Shown in pieces: positions 1 through 14,843 of a DNA stretch of 64,000 bases. The stretch is from Eukaryota sp. GEM-RC1 (taxonomy: Eukaryota). How positions within the stretch are numbered: the first letter of the stretch is position 1; each line of letters opens with the position of its first letter. The notes under the pieces are model-generated. The model did no database searches. It was not told the DNA's origin and saw only the letters and a program-made list of their open reading frames with translations. The DNA lies in contig JAUFOQ010000002.1 in assembly GCA_040285855.1 (NCBI GenBank), forward strand, positions 2,232,001 to 2,296,000, given 5' to 3'. The position numbers and the translations under genes are program-made.

Positions 1-849
1 TGAATGGAGTTTCGTTTCAATTACAGAGAGTTTTCAATTACAGAGAGTTCCTATAAATCTACCCTAAACTAAATACAACCTCCACACTTATTCCAGAACA
101 TCAAATATGTTATTAAGTAGTCTACAAGAGCAAATTAACAAGTCTGATCCACAAAACAACTACCATGAATGCTCGGACTTAAACAAATGTTATTAGCTTG
201 ACTCAAATTAATCATCCCGCTTTTTAAAAAAGATTTTTACATAATATCGACAGTACTCATTATACAATGGTACATACACAGTGTTTCGTTCATATTTCGT
301 AAGGGTGACAAAAAAAATGTTGCTCCCTCATTTTTTCCCGCACTACTGGAAGATCTATCATCACTTGATTTAGAGCAGTGAAGTCATTATACTAATGCAC
401 TAGTATTTGAACACAATAGGAGAAAATTCTCTAAAAATGATTCAGTTCTTTTTTTTGAGGAAAGGTTCTGCAGTTACAGTTTCTGTATTTTGATCATCTT
501 CAAAATATTGACGAGCATGCTTTTGTATTTGACTTTTGGTTGATGTTCAGTACTTTGTATGATATATTGAAGTTGATGATGGAAAAAACCAGAAGAGTAC
601 TGTAGGATTTATGAAAAACAACAACGTCTTCCTCTGTTTCTACACTAACATCAATATATGGCAGCTAGCTATAGATGCGACACCCAGAATACAGCATAAA
701 GTTGACTTCAATGTTTCAATTAGGTCTCAAAAACTGTTTCAATTGTTTCCAATTTTCAATTTGGTATTGTTTTACTCAATGGCATGGGTTTTTGTTGCAA
801 TTTCAGAGAGTTTTCAATTACAGGGGTTGCAATTAGAGAGAGTTTACTG
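1..849. mobile_element. Right part of a non-autonomous Tc1/mariner-pogo-like DNA transposon (left end outside window)
   Basis: Ends ...GAGAGAGTTTACTG|TA at 849 (CAGT-type TIR plus TA). The motif CAATTACAGAGAG is repeated at 19-47 and, with variants, at 798-843, like subterminal transposase-binding repeats. Confidence 0.55.
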
Positions 850-1059
850 TATTATGTGTATTTTGTATTAATACAAGGAACTTCGCACAGACTTTCTTTC
901 ATTTCTTTTCAAGTCAACCCCAATATTTTAAATAACGATATCCATCAAGAACTTCTCTTCTTGAAAGTACTAACAGCTTTTATCTTAATCATCTCCGTGG
1001 TGAAATAGGAAATCTTTCTCCTGAGCTATGGTCAACTTGCTTTCCTGTTGATATCAAAG

Positions 1060-2007
1060 AAATTCCATGTCGAAACATTTTGTCTTTAAAGTTTGCTTTA
1101 AAAAAGCAACAAAATCATTTGTTAAAATATTTTGAAAGTTTAGATTTTACAGTCCGTCTTAGCTCGGATAAGGAAAAAATCCAGCTTTCGCTAATTTTTT
1201 AATTGATTTAAGGAGAGTTCTGCTGTGGCATTAATTGATCAAATTCCACAAGTTTATGGTTTGTTATTAAATGATCATCAATGGACCACTACTATGAGAC
1301 TTCGTTGTTATTTATGGCCGTATAATTTGCCAAATGATCTTCAATGTAGTTGTGGAAAACAATTAACGTTTTCTCATCTGTTAAGTTGTAATCGCTACAT
1401 AACTTACCGAACGTGTATGCATGATGCTGTAAGAGATCAAATACATGCTATGTGTAAGTCTTACAAAATTGAGTCATTTGTTGAACCACTTCTAAGATCT
1501 TTAGAACCAAGTAATAATTGTTATGTCGAAAAACAGAACCAATTTTTTGGTAAACGAAGAGCAGATGTTGTTGTCTCTTCTTCTGCAGACAAATTGTTTG
1601 TTGTTGATGTAGTGTCAGTGGATGTTTGTAAAAAGACATCTTTAAAGAATGCTTAATCTGAAACTTCCTCTTTAGACATTTGTGAACAAGCCAAGCAGGA
1701 TAAGTTCAAGAAACCATTGATGGCTGTAAAACATGTTGAATACGAATTATGCCCTTTGCTGTTTCAATTTACGGACGTTTAGGAAAAAGTGCATTGAATT
1801 TTTTAAACGATTTCGGAAAAATCGTTAAAAATAGAATGAACAAACGTTTTGATCATGTTATGATTGAATCGCATCCTTTTTACTGTTTTTAAAACAATTC
1901 CCCTAATCATCTCCAAAACTTTATTAGCAGTGAGTTCCTTTTATGAGGACAAAGCTGTTGCAAAGTTTGATAGCGACGGGTGCTGTTTTAATGATATCAA
2001 ATTTTAG
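1060..2007 (+). mobile_element. 5'-truncated, decayed non-LTR retrotransposon (CRE/R2-type REL endonuclease C-terminus), family A
   Basis: ORF 1225-1656 has CSCG..HLLSC..MHDAVRD, EPLL and RRADVVV..VDV. The continuation (EQAKQDK..PFAVSIYG) is broken by a stop and frameshift. High identity to the inverted copy at 12623-13540. Confidence 0.8.
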
Positions 2008-2929
2008 TTGTTTGATCTATTACATTTATAATAAAAGAAAAGTTACCTAGAAAAAGGAACTTTTTTCGTATTTTTGTGGTATTATTAGAATTAGTACTGT
2101 ATTTAGTTATTAGCATTCGGTCTTAGTCATTCTATCAATTGTTACAAATGCACTTTCCACTCACAAAAATACTGTTTGTGTACCAGATTCAGTACATGTA
2201 TATTTCTGCAAAAGTAGGTACAATAGTAGTATGAAGTTGAGTGTGCCCAAACAATTGCAATTCGTCTAACTCTGTTATGACTCAACAACACTGTCATCAT
2301 CTCCCACTAAACTGTCTTCATCTTCACTGCGCGGATATCAGCACAACAACGTAATCTCTGACAACCTCCTATAGGATAGGTGCTCGTTGAAATGAAGAGT
2401 CAAGGGGCATGATAATTATTTTTTCTGAAAAATCAGGGGAGATACTGCTTTATGAGCGTCTTTAAATGCACTGCTTTACTAACGAGAACTGTAAACAAAT
2501 AAACGAATTTAGAAGTTGTATACTTTTCAGTTCATAAAAATCTTGAGTGCTCACCCACTCACTAACACAATATTTGGTTTTTGGTGAGTTTCTATAGTAT
2601 AAAACCAAAGTTTAATCGTTCTGGCGTGAAAGCGATGAAACGTAGAAAGTTTCTCGCAACATCACTTTGAAGTATAGTTGATTATTATAAATGGTCTTAG
2701 CAAGGGAACAGATATGTTACCATCCGAAATACAACTGAAATACACTCTTGAGATAGAAGATGTGCATTAGTATTCATTGTATTTGTATTTGTATTAATAT
2801 AGATGCATGAAGTTGTTTTTCACATCTATGGTTTGTCAGATTGTTGGTCGATGTTTTAGTATTTCAATATCCAAACTGTGTGTAACGAAGACTTGATGTG
2901 GAGTTATTAGTATTTCCTTTGTTATTATT

Positions 2930-3430
2930 GATGATATTTTGTAGTTGTAATTCTAATTAAACGGCGTTTTTCAAGACGACAAACAGTAACTCACCTATAG
3001 TACAGCTTTAGCGACGATTCGGTGAATTGTTGTACAAAAAGGATAAACTATACTAACATATGATCAAAACGGTTGTTCATCCTCTATTTACGATCCTTGT
3101 TAACATCATTAAGACAATTGAGTCCACTTTTTCCTAAACGATCGTAAATTGATACATCCAAAGTACACATTTCATAATCAACACGTTTCACATGTTTAAG
3201 AGTCATCAATGGTTTTTTGTACTTATCTTGTGTTTCCATAGCTTATTGAAGATCATTTAACAATAGACCGTAAACCTGCGTGATTTAAATTTGATTAACA
3301 ACAGAAGTCTTCTTTAAATCAGTTTAAAAATTTGCGACTATTGGATTCTCTTGACTGTGTTTCTCAATCAGAATCTATGGTTAGGAGGCTCAATGGAGTT
3401 CCGAAATCCAAAAGCCCTAATATCTGGCAG
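2930..3430 (-). mobile_element. Internally deleted fragment of family A REL retrotransposon
   Basis: Reverse complement matches 1225-1280 and 1700-1860 (e.g. TTTACGATCGTTTAGGAAAAAGTG vs TTTACGGACGTTTAGGAAAAAGTG). Confidence 0.65.
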
Positions 3431-3590
3431 AATATACACTTCAAGTTTGTTTAGATATGGTTCTATTGAGTAAGATCAGTATTATCTGTATTTGTGATGT
3501 GATATACCTCAAATATCACACATATCACAAAATGCAAAAAAGTGTGATACCGAAGTATGCATACTATGTACTACTAGTAGTAGTAGATAC

Positions 3591-5117
3591 CATGGAACGC
3601 AAATGTTCCGTACCGTGGCGATTTGGGCGTACCGTACCGTACCGTACGTGCGTACGTACAATACAAGTACCGGTACTGTTCTTTTGACCGACTAAATTAA
3701 GTATTACTTTTTTTAACATTATGATCCAATTTGATATTTTAACAGTCCATCGTCATAAATTCTACCGTTAAACAATGCTCAGGATATCAAAATTGTGATT
3801 GTCACACTTATTCAAATTTAGGGGACGTCATTTGCTGACTACAACTTCTCCAAAATGACATTTTTACGTAAGAAGCTCAGCAATCGCTCGCAATCAACAA
3901 TAGTAGTAACTTCTTCGAATCGCAATGCATTTATGAGTGGATACGATGGAATATGTCAATGATAAAGGGCCCAAAAACCCACAGATTGGATTTCTAATCG
4001 ATTATAAGTTGCAGAATTAAATTGTATTTAGTACAGTGTTTGACGAGGCAATGAACCTCCACTCCAAAAATGGTATTTGTAAATCCATTACGATTATTTA
4101 TAAATAGGCTTTTATTAAAATCAAATGACATCGGTACGGATAAAATAAATCTTTACGTACAGTCTACCCTCCAAATAGTGACATTTCTGAATAGTGACAC
4201 CCTCTATATAGTGACACTTTTCCTCTACCCGACTTTTTGTTGACTCCACCAACTTCTTCATGATCAAATAAACCACATGTTTGTCTTTCTCTGCACATAC
4301 ACAACACCCACATTCTTCACGTGCATCCTATTTCTACCAGAATTTGGCAAGATTCTAACCGTTTCACTCTGATGTCACTTTTATATCATATATAGCACTA
4401 TAAGTCAAACGGTCTCCGTTAGAACGAAGATTAAGACCTTTGGATATACACCGTGATGGTGACTTCTAAAAGCAAGAAAGTTGTCTGAGAGGAATACTTC
4501 CTCCTTGCCAACACTGAATATGTCATTTAGGGGATACATGCATGTTGCTGGGAGAAACTAGGATGTTCATCACATCAGTTTCCCCTTACAACAAGCAAAA
4601 AAAGAGGAAAGAGGTGTTGGAATTGGTTCTTGCGACACTTCGTTTACGGTCTGATGGTGTTTTCACACATCTTCTCTTCAAATTTCACTTACACATCCGA
4701 AGTTGATCAACATAACAAATCCGTATATATCTCCTCATTTCTCTCTCCAAATGACTCATTATCATTCCCTTAGACGGATTGAGTGTCTAAGATCTTCCTA
4801 TGTTTGATGGATGTTGACAAACAGTCTATTTTCTCTCACTTTGCCTGCCTCCATTATTCTCATCCTCCTTTCTCATCCTCCTTTTCAGTTGTGATACCAC
4901 TGATAGGATCAAAAGGTGCACAGTTGGTTCAATAGTATAGTTTATCAGCAATAAAGCCCATACGTTCGTATAGTAGACGCACGATCTATTTCCCTCGATA
5001 TAGTGACACCCTCTATATATGACTGCCGCTGGGGTGTCACTAATTAGAGGGTAGACTGTACCGATCCGTACTGTACGGACAGTACGTACGGTACGTACCA
5101 AAGATTTGCGCACATTG
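3591..5117. mobile_element. Non-autonomous hAT-like element
   Basis: Perfect 8-bp TSD GTAGATAC (3583-3590, 5118-5125). Imperfect TIR CATGGAACGCAAAT / ATTTGCGCACATTG. Subterminal CCGTAC/CGTAC arrays at both ends. Confidence 0.8.
4160..5058. mobile_element. pogo/Tigger-like element nested in the hAT element (decayed internal sequence)
   Basis: TA on both sides. TIR CAGTCTACCCTC...TAGTGACA / TGTCACTA...GAGGGTAGACTG. Internal ATAGTGACAC repeats. Confidence 0.8.
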
Positions 5118-5139
5118 GTAGATACATGTATTTTATTAA

Positions 5140-7221
5140 GGGATTTATGCAGATTTCATCACTAATATACATTAATTGCATTTTTCATCTAATATTACTT
5201 TATTTTGCAATCATTGTTTCAACTCATAAAACCTATTTCGTTGGACAGTTTCTCCTGTCATGACCAACTTGGTCACAATTTCTACACTTACGTTGTCGTG
5301 GTCTTGGTGCTGAACCATCTACTACTGTTGGTATCATACTGCTGGCACCTTGCTGCAACACAATCCACTCTGGGCAGTTTCTTCTGTCGTGCCCAATAAT
5401 TCTACAATGACCACATCTACGTGGGGAGAGAGGCATTGCTTCCTGATTCTCTTCCGTTGCTGCTGCGTCAGGTTCTACTTCTTCACTGTCGCTACTCGCA
5501 TCCTTCTCATCGAATCTCTTTTGATTAAAGCGTTTACTACGTGAGTACTTGTCCTTACGTGAAATTGGCGGACGACCTGGCATTACTGTATCTAAAGGAG
5601 GAAACACATCACTTTCTAGTTCTTCGATATTCCTTCTATAGTCGATTGGATAAAATTCGCCATCATACGTCTTCTTAAAATTAGTAACTAAATAGTAGGG
5701 AGACACTAAAGATCTGGGGTGAATTCTAACACGTCTCGAAACTGACATTACGTGAATACATGGCACATCATGTTGTTTCCAGAATCCGCAACTGCACGTT
5801 TTGTACTTCAGATCCACAGAAAACACAAATTCGTTTTCTCTCACGGAATACAAACTGTCGGAGAACGTGGTTACTTCTAAACTGCGAGCTCTCAATATCG
5901 ACGGCAACAAATACTCTTCAACATCATCAACGAATTCTCCATGCATCTTCATTGATTCATCTTTTCTTCTTCTGAACAAATGAGTCATTGCTTCAAAGAT
6001 ACCGTTAACCATTGAAGTCACTGACAAAGAGCGAACTGGAAGAAGCCATGCATTTAAGGATTCAATGATATTGGAGGTGAGTTGTCCATATCTATTCCCT
6101 TCAAAGTGTACTGTCGACCAAGATTCTTTCGGAGCTGACTCTTCCAAATAAGTATAACCCACTGGGCACTGGATTTGAAGGAGCTGCCAATAGCGGTCAA
6201 ATTCGTTTAACGTACTCGCTCTTGCACATTTCCAAAACAATTTCATTGCTTTCTTTCCACCTCTGAACGAGAGATTGTCACTGAGATGTTTACAGCACAC
6301 AGAGTGGTAGGTTTCTTCACCAAAAACTTCGACCAGCGTACGGGATATGGCTGGATTTCTGTCACTAATAAATACTGTTTTGTCGTTGATTGCAAAATTG
6401 TCATTCAAATTCTCCAAAAAGCTTCTCCAATTTATTACATTTTCCGTTCGAGTAATTTCAAAAGCTATAGGAAAGAAATGTCCGTTGGCATCAATGCCAG
6501 CAGCAGCCAACAATGTTCCCTTGTATTTGGACCTCAGATGAGTTCCATCTATCACGATAACAGGCCTTAAAAACTCAAATCCTTTCACAAGAGGTTGAAA
6601 AGTAAAGAAAAAGCGCTCAAATGTGCCATCAGGTGCAACATTCAGCTTAAAAGGAGAGTTGGGATTAGTGGAGTTGAGACTTTGGAAAAAGGGTTCCAGA
6701 ATGGTGTATGAGGTATCTAAAGAACCATAAAGTAGTTCGTTAGTGGCCTCTAGAGCTCGACAGGCTTTACTCGGACTTATATCAATAAAGTACTTGGTTT
6801 TCAGCTTCCTAGCAAATACAGATGGACTGGTAATCTTTCCACCTCTTACTTCTTCTGCCATTAAAATGGCACAGATTTGTTTAGGCAAGGTCGTAAAACA
6901 TAAGGATTGGCAGGAAGCAATGTGATCGACAAACTTTCTTATTTCCCATTCGTGGGTGTCTGTGTCCTGAAAACAGTGGATGTAACAGGGACAAGGTGTA
7001 GAGGAGCCACATCGTTTATCCCAACGGTTCTGGTTTTTCTGAGTTATGTCGAAGCTTTTATCACTCGAAAGGAACCAAGAGTAAACATCATGCTGCAAGT
7101 GTTGGATGTTTGTATAAGAATGACCTTGTTGAAGAGTTGTATTAGTTGTAGTCATTAGCAAAAGAGTATTGATGTTAAATGAATTGTTATTTACTTATGT
7201 GATGTAAATTGACGATTTCCC
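5140..7221 (-). mobile_element. Compact autonomous Mutator-like element (MULE)
   Basis: Perfect 9-bp TSD TTTTATTAA (5131-5139, 7222-7230). GGGA...TCCC termini with a degenerate TIR. Single intact transposase ORF. Confidence 0.9.
5233..7161 (-). CDS. MULE/MuDR DDE transposase with SWIM finger and two CCHC zinc knuckles
   Basis: VIVIDGTHLRSKYKGTLL, FISDRN, CCKH, TSNIIESLN, CSCGFWKQHDVPCIH, CGHCRIIGHDRRNC, CRNCDQVGHDRRNC. Confidence 0.93.
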   Translation of the reverse strand: MLMTTTNTTLQQGHSYTNIQHLQHDVYSWFLSSDKSFDITQKNQNRWDKRCGSSTPCPCYIHCFQDTDTHEWEIRKFVDHIASCQSLCFTTLPKQICAILMAEEVRGGKITSPSVFARKLKTKYFIDISPSKACRALEATNELLYGSLDTSYTILEPFFQSLNSTNPNSPFKLNVAPDGTFERFFFTFQPLVKGFEFLRPVIVIDGTHLRSKYKGTLLAAAGIDANGHFFPIAFEITRTENVINWRSFLENLNDNFAINDKTVFISDRNPAISRTLVEVFGEETYHSVCCKHLSDNLSFRGGKKAMKLFWKCARASTLNEFDRYWQLLQIQCPVGYTYLEESAPKESWSTVHFEGNRYGQLTSNIIESLNAWLLPVRSLSVTSMVNGIFEAMTHLFRRRKDESMKMHGEFVDDVEEYLLPSILRARSLEVTTFSDSLYSVRENEFVFSVDLKYKTCSCGFWKQHDVPCIHVMSVSRRVRIHPRSLVSPYYLVTNFKKTYDGEFYPIDYRRNIEELESDVFPPLDTVMPGRPPISRKDKYSRSKRFNQKRFDEKDASSDSEEVEPDAAATEENQEAMPLSPRRCGHCRIIGHDRRNCPEWIVLQQGASSMIPTVVDGSAPRPRQRKCRNCDQVGHDRRNCPTK

Positions 7222-7301
7222 TTTTATTAATGATTTCTCTTAAGTTACAATCACATTTGATTCACAAGTGGTGTGATCACGTGTGATTGTGATCCACAAG
7301 T

Positions 7302-7384
7302 ATGGTCAAAAGTACAGTAACAGTACATGTACCGTACGTACGGTACGCTAAAATCGCTCCGGTACGGAACATATGCATTCCGTG
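7302..7384 (-). mobile_element. Solo terminus of the hAT-like family of 3591-5117
   Basis: Reverse complement CACGGAATGCATATGTTCCGTACCGGAGCGATTTTAGCGTACCGTAC matches 3591-3690. Confidence 0.7.
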
Positions 7385-7468
7385 ATTGCAAGTCATAATT
7401 TTCACGGATAGAAATAAATTTACTGGAAACTACTGGTAGTTTAATAGACATTTACAAACTATGTGTAT

Positions 7469-8693
7469 CTACATCGGTGGAGCATAGACCTGGGGTTCCC
7501 CTTGATACATACCTGATGGTTGCTGATACATATTGTTGTTATTCACCACAACAGTTGGCTGAGGAGCTGGTTGAATGAGGTTTTGAGTTTCTGAAGAAGA
7601 CGAACGGTTCTTACCAATGCAAGCAGCCAACATGCAAATACAGATGGAAACAGCGAAAAGACAGACACTAATAATAGCCAGCGGTTGACCCCAATCAGCA
7701 GGATACTTGGTTTCTTCAAAAGTAATATCACTAACCGTGTTTCCTGTGTGAGTACCTTCCAAAATAATCTTCTCATCAGATCCACGATTAATAGGGACAA
7801 TACAATATGGATCTTGTTCAAGATGGCAAATGGTTTCACATCCAGAAACGTCAAAAGTACGCAAAAAGGCATTCCAGGAAACCTGTCCATCAGCAGAAAA
7901 GACAGAGTACAGATTTTCAAACACCCAGAAATAAGCATCAGTCTTAGTAGAGGTTAGGGTATTAGACACTTGTCTCGCATAACGATAATCTTGTTCTGAA
8001 TAGAAGGAATCACCATTAACAAACCTCTGCATATAATTGTTTCCACGAATAAGGTAGAAATCGATTGGTTTGGACAGAGTTGCAGAGTACTCCACATCTA
8101 GGGTTATGAACAGCAGAAAAGAACATACACGAGTATCGGTTGAGGTTGAGTTGATAATACTCATATCGGTCGCCATAAACAGAAATTGGCCGGGTCATTT
8201 CAACTTTCGTATAACCGTCATTATAGCCAGGTGCTCCGTTGCACTTGTAGATTATTCCACCGTAATTGTTACTCTTGAAGCGGACTTCAGACACTTTCAT
8301 CGTATCTAAGTTCTCAAAAAGCAAAGTTGACTTAGGGATGACAGTGAGGACACGGTTACTGTTGGAGTAACTGCCGGCTATCAATCCAACGACAAGAAGA
8401 ACAATGAAGACAAACGCAAAACAGCAGCAGCAATTGTAGGACGCAGGACTCCAGTACCAGACTGGAGATGGACCGAACCAAGTAGATGAATAGAATCGAG
8501 GGCCTCCCCAATAGCTAGAGCCGTGATAAGAACTTCCATGCCAGCGACTTCCAGAGCCATGAGATCGAAAACTGGATCCACCACCAGAGAAGCGAGACCC
8601 TCCACCGCTTGATCTAAAACCTCCACCGCTTGACCTAAAACCTCCTCCTGATGAGAATCCTCCACTTCGACTTCCACCACCATGAAATCCCAT
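7469..8693 (-). CDS. Two-TM membrane protein with Gly/Ser-rich N-terminus; one 31-nt intron (8098-8128)
   Basis: Removing GTATGT...CCCTAG (31 nt) joins ORF 8016-8720 and ORF 7469-8176 in frame (RYS-Y-VEYSAT). Two hydrophobic Cys-flanked segments. Confidence 0.75.
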
Positions 8694-8981
8694 TTGTTGA
8701 TAGTTGAGAGAGAAATGCAAATTATAATCTCACAATCAACATCTGATATTGTCATTATGTGATTCATCCATCCTTTTGTACTTGTTGTTCTAGAACTATC
8801 ATCCACTGTGGTGGTTCTGTTTCTGCATTATCTCCTTTGAGAAACTGCTTGGTATAATCAAGTGTAATGGAAGCTAAGCAGCTTCATCCTCATAGATCTG
8901 TATAAAAATCTGGAAATCTATTTTTGTTGAGTGATCAGAAATGTCAACCCGCTCAGTTCTATCAGTAGTACAATGGTCTAA

Positions 8982-10490
<1,509 letters not shown>

Positions 10491-10943
10491 TCACTTCACT
10501 CCATTTGTAATAAATAATTAATTTCGTTTTCAACTAAAATGAGTATTGAAAATTAGAGCCTGAAATAACTCATGCTGATGTGGGGTTACACGCTAAGCCA
10601 ATACTGCTGGAGAGTGAGATTCTACAATAGTTAGCAACTCGAGAAGTAATTTCTCTGCCTGATTGAAAGAATCCCCTCCTAGACTGCTGTATAGAGCAAA
10701 AACTCACTTGATTATTACTTTCAGTCACAAACAACACATACTCAAGAAATTGTGACCAGACGATATTATATGTATTTTGATCTGTTGGAGCGACAGTGGG
10801 AGTGATTCATTAAGACTTGATCCAATTTTGGCAATAGATTTGGCTTGTCAGTTGAATATTCAAATATCAAAACCCTGTATCCTCAGAGAATTAACATATT
10901 GACTAGGTGACTTAAATCTCTAATTCTTTTGGAACAAATTATG

Positions 10944-12401
10944 GGCTAGATCTATACGTGTGACAAATGAAATTTGCAATTCTTATACGTGTGACAAAAT
11001 GGCCAACTTTTTCTTATACGTGTGACAACTACAATGTACACAGCAATGGTTCTCAACCTTCTATCTTTTCGCAACAACTTCTTGTAATGATGATACATCA
11101 GCAGTGGACATAAAGCTTGTCAACAATGACTTCTTTTGTACTAAATGACCTTAGGTTCCTTAGCTCAATGACCTCCATGGGAATCTTTAGATAAAAGATC
11201 TCCTTGAGTGTTCTCATTGGTGTAGCACAGTCAAAGGCCTCCGTTGTAAACACAAACTTGTTGATCTTAACTCCATTGGCTCGGAGCTTGCTGTAAGCCT
11301 CTTTTATGTGTGGTCAAATCGAGACACTCTTTCTGTATTGAATCATATTCAACAGGTGGGTTCTATACACCCCAGCAGCAAACAAAGCCTCTTAATCTCG
11401 TTTGGAACATGATCACGTGGTTTTTTACAAAGCCTGTTGATATCAAGCAGACTTTCATTGTTTTCCCTTCCAATGTGATGAGTGTGTAACTCCTCTTTCA
11501 ACTCAATTTTGTGCTTTCAAGAGATTCCCTCTTATGTACAACTTCTGTGCTTTGATTTAATCACAACAAAGCTAACACGACTGATTCACACTTAATATGT
11601 ATTGCTCTTTTTTAACTATAAAGATGTTTTTTTGTTGTTCTTTAAAATTCATGATCGAAATTCAAATTCTGTCACACGTATAGGCAGGGGTTGGAAATAT
11701 TGCATTGACAATATATTGGATTGTTCTTTTGGGAAATCAATACAATTATATTGCTTGTTTGGGAAACCAATACAATACTATTGTTCATATTGTATTGGAA
11801 ATTATTGGAGAAGTCATTTGATCGTTTTCAAAAGTTATACTGCATTTAGATGTAACAACAATACTTTACACTCTAAATAAACAAAACAATTCTTACTCAT
11901 CACTATTCGCTTCGTCACCTTCTGGACACCAATGTTGTCCACACATTTCACTGACCGTCGAAAAGATCCCAGAGTTCGTTGCTGTAGTGGCCACACTTCA
12001 GTGTTTTCAGACACCGGGCTATTGGGAGCATCCTCCACGATGGTTTCTCCATCAGCATTGGTGCGGACAAGCCCGTGCTCAAGTCCAAGATATTTGAAAA
12101 ATAGCAGAGGCAACTCCTTGTTTGAGCGGTCTGCCATAGATTGACAGTGAGAGTAGTGAGAAGAGTGAAGTGACTTTATTCTCTTCTAAAACCAATATGA
12201 AATCAATACTGGCAATATATTGCAATACAACAATAAACAGCAATAAGGAACAATACAATACAATACAGGGCTTAAGCTACCAATTGCATATTGGTACCAA
12301 TATATTGAAGATATTGTATTGTCAATGCAATATTTCCAACCCCTGCGTATAGGAAATCTGAAATTCCAAATTCAAATTCTGTCACACGTATAGCCGTTCT
12401 C
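10944..12401 (-). mobile_element. Non-autonomous DNA transposon (9-bp TSD, Mutator-like)
   Basis: TSD CAAATTATG (10935-10943, 12402-12410). Repeated inverted TATACGTGTGACA motifs at both ends. Second, inverted copy at 31868-32637. Confidence 0.75.
11685..12345. mobile_element. hAT-type MITE nested in 10944-12401
   Basis: TIR CAGGGGTTGGAAATATTGCATTGACAATA. 8-bp TSD CGTATAGG (11677-11684, 12346-12353). Absent from the 31868 copy of the host element. Confidence 0.9.
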
Positions 12402-12622
12402 CAAATTATGTTGGAGATAATTTGTAAATTTATGAATTAGTGTGACATCTAAAAAGGACAGATTCAAACACAGTTGAACAGAACCGATTAAACCTGCTAT
12501 GAACTGAACCATTCTAGATTTAACATTTCTACTAGTATATCGTCTTGAGAAAGTTTAAGTATATTATGTTCTTTAGTTGTTTTTACACACTTAATTTATT
12601 CAAAATCTAATAGACTAAACAA

Positions 12623-13780
12623 CTAAAATTTGATATCATTAAAACAACATCCGTCGCTATCAAATCTTACAACAGGTTCGTCCCCATAAAAGGAACTCAC
12701 AGCTAGTAAAGCTTTGGAGATGATTAGGGGAATTGTTTTAAAAACAGTAAAACGATACGATTCAACCATAACGTACGGTCAAAACGTTTGTTCATCCTAT
12801 TTTTTCCGATTTTTCCGAAATCGTTTCAAAAATTTAATGCACTTTTTCCTAAACGGCCATAGATTGAAACAGCAAAAGTGTATACTTCGTAATCAACATG
12901 TTTTACATGCTTTAGAGCCATCAATGGTTTCTTGAACTTATCCTGTTTGGCTTGTTCATAAATGTCTAAAGGGGAAGTTTCAGAGTAAGGATTCTTTAAA
13001 AATGTCTTTTTACAAACATCAACTGACACTACATCGACAACAAACAATTTTTCTGAAGAAGAAATGATAACAACATCTGCCCTTGTTTACCAAATAATTG
13101 GTTCGATTTTTCATCATCACAGTTATTATTTGGTTGGAAAGATCTTAGAAGTGGTTCAACAAATGATTCAATTTTGTAAGACTTACACATAGCATGTATT
13201 AGGTCTCTTACAGCATCATGCATACACGTTCGATAAGTTATGTAGCGATAACAACTTAACAAATGAGAAAACGTTAATTGTTTTCCACAGCTACATTGAA
13301 GATCTTTTGGTAGATTGTAGGGCTTTAAATAACAACGAAGTTCATCGTAGTGGTCCATTGATGATCATTTAATAATAGACCATACACTTGTGGAATTTGA
13401 TTAATTAATGCCACATCAGAACTCTCCTTTAAAACTATTAAAAATTACCGAAAGCTTGATTTTTTCCTTAGCCGAGCTAAGTGTAAAATCTAAACTTTCG
13501 AAATATTTTAATAGATGATTCTACAGCATCTTTAAAGCCAATGTTCTTTAGTGATACGCGATATGTATCAAAATTGTGGAGAAACCTTTCTGCGTTTCCG
13601 AATCGTTTTTGGATAATATACATCCAAATCACAATTTCTCCATTTTTATGGAATTGGAAACGATTTTTTATTTAGACTGTTCTTTACATCTATTCATAAC
13701 GTTCTCATAACATAAATGTTTCAACTCAATAGTGTCGCTTTGGAACGTTTACCTTCAATTGCTTTATTTATTGCAAAACA
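12623..13780 (-). mobile_element. Decayed REL non-LTR retrotransposon, family A
   Basis: ORFs 13029-13358 and 12826-13047 are near-identical to the 1225-1900 translation. Confidence 0.8.
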
Positions 13781-14616
13781 AGAGGGTCAAATTGAAGAGC
13801 CTATTTTGTTACCAGTGCTATTAATATTCCAAATTTCTGCTTGTTGTTCTACAATGTTGCCACACGTTTTCCGAATTGAATGGCCAGGTTCTTGATAAAA
13901 ATGTTGTTTACTATGATTCAAAATGATATCGTTTTTTAGTCATCCTTAATTATACTCCCCTGATAAGTGCTATTAATATATAGCCTATATAAGCCGCATA
14001 CATACGGTTTCTTTTTCGTTGTATTCTTTAAACCACTCATTATTGTTGTAGAGGAGAAAAGGAACTGTATACTGTACTTATTCTTACCTCCAATGACTGA
14101 ACAACAAACTCATCAGCCCCCAACACCTCATGCCACCCCTATCCGACAATCTTCAAAATCTCTTCCAACAACACCTGTTTTTGTGTCAAAACAAGATAGT
14201 GATTTCCTCGAATCGTTCAAAGAAAAGCTGACAGAACTGGAAATGACTCTGCAACACAGCTCCCCGTCTGATAAAAACCAATGAAATGTCGATCGACACC
14301 TGTACATCTATCTTTTTTTATCATATCATCTCTTCTCTTTGTATCTTCCCAATAAACAACCTAACTGCTCGTATTCTCTTAGTTAGATCTGTGTGAGCAG
14401 GCTCGTTATGACGCTCTTTTGTGAACACAACAATAGAATTTCTTTTCCTATGTTTCTTGTTTTACAACAATATGTATGTGATGAATGCCAGTTGATCCAG
14501 CCGAGTGATTTGATATCGAACAGTTTGTTAGGATAGAGGCATGTTTATGCGATGCTGTACAGGGTTGTAGAGGGTTTTATCTCCCTAGTGATATGTAGCA
14601 TGGGAGGGAAAAAATA

Positions 14617-14640
14617 TGGAGGAGCAGGGTTTTGATCCCC

Positions 14641-14684
<44 letters not shown>

Positions 14685-14689
14685 CCCCC
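14617..14689 (-). tRNA. trnA-AGC: tRNA-Ala (AGC)
   Basis: GGGGGTG TA GCTC AATTGGTA GAGC G CGCGC TTAGCAT GCGCG AGGTA CGGGG ATCAAAA CCCTG CTCCTCC A. G3:U70 identity pair. Downstream T6 Pol III terminator. Confidence 0.95.
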
Positions 14690-14843
14690 TGATATGTAAT
14701 GCAGTGTTCGGTCCCCGCCTTGTAGCGTATTTGCTATTGTGTATTACAATATGTTATCACCAAAAACAGGATTTATGATCAATCAGTGAAATAAATGCTT
14801 TGCAGAAAACAGTAACTAACATACACTAACTAAAGTATCTAAA

